Assembly (NCBI GenBank): GCA_964016885.1
Contig: OZ024742.1
Span: 186,062,001 to 186,126,000 of the forward strand
Source of the DNA: Eledone cirrhosa
Lineage: Eukaryota
Reading direction: 5' to 3'
Length of the DNA: 64,000 bases
In this document: one piece after another, positions 52,801-64,000 of the stretch
Numbering within the stretch: the first letter of the stretch is position 1
How the letters are laid out: each line of letters opens with the position of its first letter
The notes under the pieces: generated by a model
Told to the model about the DNA's origin: nothing
What the model saw: only the letters and a program-made list of their open reading frames with translations
The model's database searches: none
Made by a program: the position numbers and the translations under genes

Positions 52801-55800
52801 CTTTGAGTAGCTTCTATATAGAAATAGACTGGTAATATATAGAGATATTATAGTACCTTTAGTAGCTTCTATATAGAAATAGACTGTTAATATATAGAGA
52901 TATTATAGTACCTTTAGTAGCTTCTATGTAGAAATAGACTGGTAATAATAGAAATATTATAGTACTTTGAGTAGCTTCTATGTAGAAATAGACTGGTAAT
53001 ATATAGAGATATTATAGTACTTTGAGTAGCTTCTATATAGAAATAGACTGGTAATATATAGAGATATTATAGTACTTTGAGTAGCTTCTATATAGAAATA
53101 GACTGGTAATATATAGAGATATTATAGTACTTTGAGTAGCTTCTATATAGAAATAGACTGGTAACATATAGAGATATTATAGTACTTTGAGTAGCTTCTA
53201 TATAGAAATAGACTGGTAATATATAGAGATATTATAGTACCTTTAGTAGCTTCTATATAGAAATAGACTGGTAATATATAGAGATATTATAGTACTTTGA
53301 GTAGCTTCTATATAGAAATAGACTGGTAATATATAGAGATATTATAGTACCTTTAGTAGCTTCTATATAGAAATACAATGGTAATATATAGAGATATTAT
53401 AGTACTTTGAGTAGCTTCTATATAGAAATAGACTGGTAATATATAGAGATATTATAGTACCTTTAGTAGCTTCTATATAGAAATAGACTGGTAATATATA
53501 GAGATATTATAGTACCTTTAGTAGCTTCTATGTAGAAATAGACTGGTAATATATAGAGATATTATAGTACCTTTAGTAGCTTCTATATAGAAATAGACTG
53601 GTAATATATACAGATATTATAGTACCTTTAGTAGCTTCTATATAGAAATAGACTGGTAATATATAGAGATATTATAGTACCTTCTATGTAGAAATAGACT
53701 GGTAATAATAGAAATATTAAAGTACTTTGAGTAGCTTCTATGTAGAAATAGACTGGTAATATATAGAGATATTATAGTACTTTGAGTAGCTTCTATATAG
53801 AAATAGACTGGTAATATATAGAGATATTATAGTACCTTTAGTAGCTTCTATATAGAAATAGACTGGTAATATATAGAGATATTATAGTACCTTTAGTAGC
53901 TTCTATGTAGAAATAGACTGGTAATTATAGAAATATTATAGTACTTTGAGTAGATTCTATGTAGAAATAGACTTGTAATATATAGAGATATTATAGTACT
54001 TTGAGTAGCTTCTATGTAGAAATAGACTGGTAATAATAGAAATATTATAGTACTTTGAGTAGCTTCTATGTAGAAATAGACTGGTAATATATAGAGATAT
54101 TATAGTACCTTTAGTAGCTTCTATATAGAAATAGACTGGTAATATATAGAGATATTATAGTACCTTCTATGTAGAAATAGACTGGTAATAATAGAAATAT
54201 TATAGTACTTTGAGTAGCTTCTATGTAGAAATAGACTGGTAATATATAGAGATATTATAGTACTTTGAGTAGCTTCTATATAGAAATAGACTGGTAATAT
54301 ATAGAGATATTATAGTACTTTGAGTAGCTTCTATATAGAAATAGACTGGTAATATATAGAGATATTATAGTACCTTTAGTAGCTTCTATATAGAAATAGA
54401 CTGGTAATATATAGAGATATTATAGTACCTTTAGTAGCTTCTATGTAGAAATAGACTGGTAATTATAGAAATATTATAGTACTTTGAGTAGCTTCTATGT
54501 AGAAATAGACTTGTAATATATAGAGATATTATAGTACTTTGAGTAGCTTCTATGTAGAAATAGACTGGTAATAATAGAAATATTATAGTACTTTGAGTAG
54601 CTTCTATGTAGAAATAGACTGGTAATATATAGAGATATTATAGTACTTTGAGTAGCTTCTATATAGAAATAGACTGGTAATATATAGAGATATTATAGTA
54701 CCTTTAGTAGCTTCTATATAGAAATAGATTGGTAATATATAGAGATATTATAGTACCTTTAGTAGCTTCTATGTAGAAATAGACTGGTAATAATAGAAAT
54801 ATTATAGTACTTTGAGTAGCTTCTATGTAGAAATAGACTGGTAATATATAGAGATATTATAGTACTTTGAGTAGCTTCTATATAGAAATAGACTGGTAAT
54901 ATATAGAGATATTATAGTACTTTGAGTAGCTTCTATATAGAAATAGACTGGTAATATATAGAGATATTATAGTACTTTGAGTAGCTTCTATATAGAAATA
55001 GACTGGTAATATATAGAGATATTATAGTACTTTGAGTAGCTTCTATATAGAAATAGACTGGTAATATATAGAGATATTATAGTACCTTTAGTAGCTTCTA
55101 TATAGAAATAGACTGGTAATATATAGAGATATTATAGTACTTTGAGTAGCTTCTATATAGAAATAGACTGGTAATATATAGAGATATTATAGTACCTTTA
55201 GTAGCTTCTATATAGAAATACAATGGTAATATATAGAGATATTATAGTACTTTGAGTAGCTTCTATATAGAAATAGACTGGTAATATATAGAGATATTAT
55301 AGTACCTTTAGTAGCTTCTATATAGAAATAGACTGGTAATATATAGAGATATTATAGTACCTTTAGTAGCTTCTATGTAGAAATAGACTGGTAATATATA
55401 GAGATATTATAGTACATTTAGTAGCTTCTATATAGAAATAGACTGGTAATATATAGAGATATTATAGTACCTTTAGTAGCTTCTATATAGAAATAGACTG
55501 GTAATATATAGAGATATTATAGTACCTTCTATGTAGAAATAGACTGGTAATAATAGAAATATTATAGTACTTTGAGTAGCTTCTATGTAGAAATAGACTG
55601 GTAATATATAGAGATATTATAGTACTTTGAGTAGCTTCTATATAGAAATAGACTGGTAATATATAGAGATATTATAGTACCTTTAGTAGCTTCTATATAG
55701 AAATAGACTGGTAATATATAGAGATATTATAGTACCTTTAGTAGCTTCTGTGTAGAAATAGACTGCTAATTATAGAAATATTATAGTACTTTGAGTAGCT

Positions 55801-58800
55801 TCTATATAGAAATAGACTGGTAACATATAGAGATATTATAGTACTTTGAGTAGCTTCTATATAGAAATAGACTGGTAATATATAGAGATATTATAGTACC
55901 TTTAGTAGCTTCTATATAGAAATAGACTGGTAATATATAGAGATATTATAGTACTTTGAGTAGCTTCTATATAAAAATAGACTGGTAATATATAGAGATA
56001 TTATAGTACCTTTAGTAGCTTCTATATAGAAATACAATGGTAATATATAGAGATATTATAGTACTTTGAGTAGCTTCTATATAGAAATAGACTGGTAATA
56101 TATAGAGATATTATAGTACCTTTAGTAGCTTCTATATAGAAATAGACTGGTAATATATAGAGATATTATAGTACCTTTAGTAGCTTCTATGTAGAAATAG
56201 ACTGGTAATATATAGAGATATTATAGTACCTTTAGTAGCTTCTATATAGAAATAGACTGGTAATATATACAGATATTATAGTACCTTTAGTAGCTTCTAT
56301 ATAGAAATAGACTGGTAATATATAGAGATATTATAGTACCTTCTATGTAGAAATAGACTGGTAATAATAGAAATATTAAAGTACTTTGAGTAGCTTCTAT
56401 GTAGAAATAGACTGGTAATATATAGAGATATTATAGTACTTTGAGTAGCTTCTATATAGAAATAGACTGGTAATATATAGAGATATTATAGTACCTTTAG
56501 TAGCTTCTATATAGAAATAGACTGGTAATATATAGAGATATTATAGTACCTTTAGTAGCTTCTATGTAGAAATAGACTGGTAATTATAGAAATATTATAG
56601 TACTTTGAGTAGATTCTATGTAGAAATAGACTTGTAATATATAGAGATATTATAGTACTTTGAGTAGCTTCTATGTAGAAATAGACTGGTAATAATAGAA
56701 ATATTATAGTACTTTGAGTAGCTTCTATGTAGAAATAGACTGGTAATATATAGAGATATTATAGTACCTTTAGTAGCTTCTATATAGAAATAGACTGGTA
56801 ATATATAGAGATATTATAGTACCTTCTATGTAGAAATAGACTGGTAATAATAGAAATATTATAGTACTTTGAGTAGCTTCTATGTAGAAATAGACTGGTA
56901 ATATATAGAGATATTATAGTACTTTGAGTAGCTTCTATATAGAAATAGACTGGTAATATATAGAGATATTATAGTACTTTGAGTAGCTTCTATATAGAAA
57001 TAGACTGGTAATATATAGAGATATTATAGTACCTTTAGTAGCTTCTATATAGAAATAGACTGGTAATATATAGAGATATTATAGTACCTTTAGTAGCTTC
57101 TATGTAGAAATAGACTGGTAATTATAGAAATATTATAGTACTTTGAGTAGCTTCTATGTAGAAATAGACTTGTAATATATAGAGATATTATAGTACTTTG
57201 AGTAGCTTCTATGTAGAAATAGACTGGTAATAATAGAAATATTATAGTACTTTGAGTAGCTTCTATGTAGAAATAGACTGGTAATATATAGAGATATTAT
57301 AGTACTTTGAGTAGCTTCTATATAGAAATAGACTGGTAATATATAGAGATATTATAGTACCTTTAGTAGCTTCTATATAGAAATAGATTGGTAATATATA
57401 GAGATATTATAGTACCTTTAGTAGCTTCTATGTAGAAATAGACTGGTAATAATAGAAATATTATAGTACTTTGAGTAGCTTCTATGTAGAAATAGACTGG
57501 TAATATATAGAGATATTATAGTACTTTGAGTAGCTTCTATATAGAAATAGACTGGTAATATATAGAGATATTATAGTACTTTGAGTAGCTTCTATATAGA
57601 AATAGACTGGTAATATATAGAGATATTATAGTACTTTGAGTAGCTTCTATATAGAAATAGACTGGTAATATATAGAGATATTATAGTACTTTGAGTAGCT
57701 TCTATATAGAAATAGACTGGTAATATATAGAGATATTATAGTACCTTTAGTAGCTTCTATATAGAAATAGACTGGTAATATATAGAGATATTATAGTACT
57801 TTGAGTAGCTTCTATATAGAAATAGACTGGTAATATATAGAGATATTATAGTACCTTTAGTAGCTTCTATATAGAAATAGACTGGTAATATATAGAGATA
57901 TTATAGTACCTTTAGTAGCTTCTATATAGAAATAGACTGGTAATATATAGAGATATTATGGTACCTTCTATGTAGAAATAGACTGGTAATAATAGAAATA
58001 TTATAGTACTTTGAGTAGCTTCTATGTAGAAATAGACTGGTAATATATAGAGATATTATAGTACTTTGAGTAGCTTCTATATAGAAATAGACTGGTAATA
58101 TATAGAGATATTATAGTACCTTTAGTAGCTTCTATATAGAAATAGACTGGTAATATATAGAGATATTATAGTACCTTTAGTAGCTTCTGTGTAGAAATAG
58201 ACTGCTAATTATAGAAATATTATAGTACTTTGAGTAGCTTCTATGTAGAAATAGACTGGTAATATATAGAGATATTATAGTACTTTGAGCAGCTTCTATA
58301 CAGAAATAGACTGGTAATATATAGAGATATTATAGTACTTTGAGTAGCTTCTATATAGAAATAGACTGGTAATATATAGAGATATTATAGTACTTTGAGT
58401 AGCTTCTATATAGAAATAGACTGGTAATATATAGAGATATTATAGTACTTTGAGTAGCTTCTATATAGAAATAGACTGGTAATATATAGAGATATTATAG
58501 TACCTTTAGTAGCTTCTATATAGAAATAGACTGGTAATATATAGAGATATTATAGTACTTTGAGTAGCTTCTATATAGAAATAGACTGGTAATATATAGA
58601 GATATTATAGTACTTTGAGTAGCTTCTATATAGAAATAGACTGGTAATATATAGAGATATTATAGTACTTTGAGTAGCTTCTATATAGAAATAGACTGGT
58701 AATATATAGAGATATTATAGTACCTTTAGTAGCTTCTATATAGAAATACAATGGTAATATATAGAGATAATATAGTACCTTTAGTAGCTTCTATATAGAA

Positions 58801-61800
58801 ATATACTGGTAATATTTAGAGATATTATAGTACCTTTAGTAGCTTCTATATAGAAATAGACTGGTAATATATAGAGATATTATAGTACCTTTAGTAGCTT
58901 CTATGTAGAAATAGACTGGTAATTATAGAAATATTATAGTACTTTGAGTAGCTTCTATGTAGAAATAGACTTGTAATATATAGAGATATTATAGTACTTT
59001 GAGTAGCTTCTATGTAGAAATAGACTGGTAATATATAGAGATATTATAGTACTTTGAGCAGCTTCTATATAGAAATAGACTGGTAATATATAGAGATATT
59101 ATAGTACTTTGAGTAGCTTCTATATAGAAATAGACTGGTAATATATAGAGATATTATAGTACTTTGAGCAGCTTCTATATAGAAATAGACTGGTAATATA
59201 TAGAGATATTATAGTACTTTGAGTAGCTTCTATATAGAAATAGACTGGTAATATATAGAGATATTATAGTACTTTGAGTAGCTTCTATATAGAAATAGAC
59301 TGGTAATATATAGAGATATTATAGTACCTTTAGTAGCTTCTATATAGAAATAGACTGGTAATATATAGAGATATTATAGTACCTTTAGTAGCTTCTATAT
59401 AGAAATAGACTGGTAATATATAGAGATATTATAGTACCTTTAGTAGCTTCTATGTAGAAATAGACTGGTAATAATAGAAATATTATAGTACTTTGAGTAG
59501 CTTCTATGTAGAAATAGACTGGTAATATATAGAGATATTATAGTACTTTGAGCAGCTTCTATATAGAAATAGACTGGTAATATATAGAGATATTATAGTA
59601 CTTTGAGTAGCTTCTATATAGAAATAGACTGGTAATATATAGAGATATTATAGTACTTTGAGTAGCTTCTATATAGAAATAGACTGGTAATATATAGAGA
59701 TATTATAGTACTTTGAGTAGCTTCTATATAGAAATAGACTGGTAATATATAGAGATATTATAGTACCTTTAGTAGCTTCTATATAGAAATAGACTGGTAA
59801 TATATAGAGATATTATAGTACCTTTAGTAGCTTCTATATAGAAATAGACTGGTAATATATAGAGATATTATAGTACCTTTAGTAGCTTCTATATAGAAAT
59901 AGACTGGTAATATATAGAGATATTATAGTACCTTTAGTAGCTTCTATGTAGAAATAGACTGGTAATTATAGAAATATTATAGTACTTTGAGTAGATTCTA
60001 TGTAGAAATAGACTGGTAATAATAGAAATATTATAGTACTTTGAGTAGCTTCTATGTAGAAATAGACTGGTAATATATAGAGATATTATAGTACCTTTAG
60101 TAGCTTCTATATAGAAATAGACTGGTAATACATAGAGATATTATAGTACCTTTAGTAGCTTCTATGTAGAAATAGACTGGTAATAATAGAAATATTATAG
60201 TACTTTGAGTAGCTTCTATGTAGAAATAGACTGGTAATATATAGAGATATTATAGTACTTTGAGCAGCTTCTATATAGAAATAGACTGGTAATATATAGA
60301 GATATTATAGTACTTTGAGTAGCTTCTATATAGAAATAGACTGGTAATATATAGAGATATTATAGTACTTTGAGTAGCTTCTATATAGAAATAGACTGGT
60401 AATATATAGAGATATTATAGTACTTTGAGTAGCTTCTATATAGAAATAGACTGGTAATATATAGAGATATTATAGTACCTTTAGTAGCTTCTATATAGAA
60501 ATAGACTGGTAATATATAGAGATATTATAGTACTTTGCGTAGCTTCTATATAGAAATAGACTGGTAATATATAGAGATATTATAGTACTTTGAGTAGCTT
60601 CTATATAGAAATAGACTGGTAATATATAGAGATATTATAGTACTTTGAGTAGCTTCTACATAGAAATAGACTGGTAATATATAGAGATATTATAGTACCT
60701 TTAGTAGCTTCTATATAGAAATACAATGGTAATATATAGAGATATTATAGTACTTTGAGTAGCTTCTATATAGAAATAGACTGGTAATATATAGAGATAT
60801 TATAGTACTTTGAGTAGCTTCTATATAGAAATAGACTGGTAATATATAGAGATATTATAGTACCTTTAGTAGCTTCTATATAGAAATAGACTGGTAATAT
60901 ATAGAGATATTATAGTACCTTTAGTAGCTTCTATATAGAAATAGACTGGTAATATATAGAGATATTATAGTACCTTTAGTAGCTTCTATGTAGAAATAGA
61001 CTGGTAATAATAGAAATATTATAGTACTTTGAGTAGCTTCTATGTAGAAATAGACTGGTAATATATAGAGATATTATAGTACTTTGAGCAGCTTCTATAT
61101 AGAAATAGACTGGTAATATATAGAGATATTATAGTACTTTGAGTAGCTTCTATATAGAAATAGACTGGTAATATATAGAGATATTATAGTACTTTGAGTA
61201 GCTTCTATATAGAAATAGACTGGTAATATATAGAGATATTATAGTACTTTGAGTAGCTTCTATATAGAAATAGACTGGTAATATATAGAGATATTATAGT
61301 ACCTTTAGTAGCTTCTATATAGAAATAGACTGGTAATATATAGAGATATTATAGTACCTTTAGTAGCTTCTATATAGAAATAGACTGGTAATATATAGAG
61401 ATATTATAGTACCTTTAGTAGCTTCTATATAGAAATAGACTGGTAATATATAGAGATATTATAGTACCTTTAGTAGCTTCTATGTAGAAATAGACTGGTA
61501 ATTATAGAAATATTATAGTACTTTGAGTAGATTCTATGTAGAAATAGACATGTAATATATAGAGATATTATAGTACTTTGAGTAGCTTCTATGTAGAAAT
61601 AGACTGGTAATAATAGAAATATTATAGTACTTTGAGTAGCTTCTATGTAGAAATAGACTGGTAATATATAGAGATATTATAGTACCTTTAGTAGCTTCTA
61701 TATAGAAATAGACTGGTAATATATAGAGATATTATAGTACCTTTAGTAGCTTCTATGTAGAAATAGACTGGTAATTATAGAAATATTATAGTACTTTGAG

Positions 61801-64000
61801 TAGATTCTATGTAGAAATAGACTGGTAATAATAGAAATATTATAGTACTTTGAGTAGCTTCTATGTAGAAATAGACTGGTAATATATAGAGATATTATAG
61901 TACCTTTAGTAGCTTCTATATAGAAATAGACTGGTAATATATAGAGATATTATAGTACCTTTAGTAGCTTCTATGTAGAAATAGACTGGTAATAATAGAA
62001 ATATTATAGTACTTTGAGTAGCTTCTATGTAGAAATAGACTGGTAATATATAGAGATATTATAGTACTTTGAGCAGCTTCTATATAGAAATAGACTGGTA
62101 ATATATAGAGATATTATAGTACTTTGAGTAGCTTCTATATAGAAATAGACTGGTAATATATAGAGATATTATAGTACTTTGAGTAGCTTCTATATAGAAA
62201 TAGACTGGTAATATATAGAGATATTATAGTACTTTGAGTAGCTTCTATATAGAAATAGACTGGTAATATATAGAGATATTATAGTACCTTTAGTAGCTTC
62301 TATATAGAAATAGACTGGTAATATATAGAGATATTATAGTACTTTGCGTAGCTTCTATATAGAAATATACTGGTAATATATAGAGATATTATAGTACTTT
62401 GAGTAGCTTCTATATAGAAATAGACTGGTAATATATAGAGATATTATAGTACTTTGAGTAGCTTCTACATAGAAATAGACTGGTAATATATAGAGATATT
62501 ATAGTACCTTTAGTAGCTTCTATATAGAAATACAATGGTAATATATAGAGATATTATAGTACTTTGAGTAGCTTCTATATAGAAATAGACTGGTAATATA
62601 TAGAGATATTATAGTACCTTTAGTAGCTTCTATATAGAAATACAATGGTAATATATAGAGATATTATAGTACTTTGAGTAGCTTCTATATAGAAATAGAC
62701 TGGTAATATATAGAGATATTATAGTACTTTGAGTAGCTTCTATATAGAAATAGACTGGTAATATATAGAGATATTATAGTACCTTTAGTAGCTTCTATAT
62801 AGAAATAGACTGGTAATATATAGAGATATTATAGTACCTTTAGTAGCTTCTATATAGAAATAGACTGGTAATATATAGAGATATTATAGTACCTTTAGTA
62901 GCTTCTATGTAGAAATAGACTGGTAATAATAGAAATATTATAGTACTTTGAGTAGCTTCTATGTAGAAATAGACTGGTAATATATAGAGATATTATAGTA
63001 CTTTGAGCAGCTTCTATATAGAAATAGACTGGTAATATATAGAGATATTATAGTACCTTTAGTAGCTTCTATATAGAAATAGACTGGTAATATATAGAGA
63101 TATTATAGTACCTTTAGTAGCTTCTATATAGAAATAGACTGGTAATATATAGAGATATTATAGTACCTTTAGTAGCTTCTATGTAGAAATAGACTGGTAA
63201 TAATAGAAATATTATAGTACTTTGAGTAGCTTCTATGTAGAAATAGACTGGTAATATATAAAGATATTATAGTACTTTGAGCAGCTTCTATATAGAAATA
63301 GACTGATAATATATAGAGATATTATAGTACTTTGAGTAGCTTCTATATAGAAATAGACTGGTAATATATAGAGATATTATAGTACTTTGAGTAGCTTCTA
63401 TATAGAAATAGACTGGTAATATATAGAGATATTATAGTACTTTGAGTAGCTTCTATATAGAAATAGACTGGTAATATATAGAGATATTATAGTACCTTTA
63501 GTAGCTTCTATATAGAAATAGACTGGTAATATATAGAGATATTATAGTACTTTGCGTAGCTTCTATATAGAAATAGACTGGTAATATATAGAGATATTAT
63601 AGTACTTTGAGTAGCTTCTACATAGAAATAGACTGGTAATATATAGAGATATTATAGTACCTTTAGTAGCTTCTATATAGAAATACAATGGTAATATATA
63701 GAGATATTATAGTACTTTGAGTAGCTTCTATATAGAAATAGACTGGTAATATATAGAGATATTATAGTACCTTTAGTAGCTTCTATATAGAAATACAATG
63801 GTAATATATAGAGATATTATAGTACTTTGAGTAGCTTCTATATAGAAATAGACTGGTAATATATAGAGATATTATAGTACTTTGAGTAGCTTCTATATAG
63901 AAATAGACTGGTAATATATAGAGATATTATAGTACCTTTAGTAGCTTCTATATAGAAATAGACTGGTAATATATAGAGATATTATAGTACCTTTAGTAGC
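28824..64000. repeat. 55-bp AT-rich satellite array, consensus GTAATATATAGAGATATTATAGTAC(TTTG/CTTT)AGTAGCTTCTAT(A/G)TAGAAATAGACTG (roughly 640 monomers, runs off the right edge)
   Basis: Direct periodicity (e.g. 29401 to 29456); recurrent 53-bp and 46-bp variant monomers. Confidence 0.99.

Noticed and set aside
28824-64000. 55-bp satellite as a tandem hammerhead (CTGGTAA...GAAA, AGTACT) or as a coding repeat (ORF 36610-36798)
   Set aside because: The core has two essential mismatches and the helices are in the wrong order. The ORF arises from local indels.

Overview
Repeat-only window from an AT-rich animal genome, probably Octopus: a tRNA-derived SINE at 12353-12512 and Nin-type SINE fragments resemble cephalopod families, recognised from memory. 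I see no host gene. Layout: (1) 1-4200 is a 28-bp minisatellite. (2) 4200-28623 is a mosaic of transposable elements nested in (TA)n/(TG)n microsatellites. Its centre is a very young Penelope-like retroelement (PLE; RT plus C-terminal GIY-YIG endonuclease) at 14730-22455, arranged as inverted copy + partial tandem copy + full 4135-bp unit, with a minimal hammerhead ribozyme (HHR) in each pLTR. An upstream ORF1 overlaps the RT frame at a T_TTT_TTA -1 slippery site. (3) A 200-N gap is followed by about 35 kb of a 55-bp satellite with multi-kb internal duplications. The main signal is about a dozen type I HHR motifs (intact or core-variant) plus several half-motifs within about 22 kb. They belong to several unrelated families, including non-coding 448-474 bp retrozyme-like units that share the PLE's inverted/partial-tandem architecture and (TA)n targeting. 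All calls were made by eye, and ribozyme activity and frameshifting are predictions.
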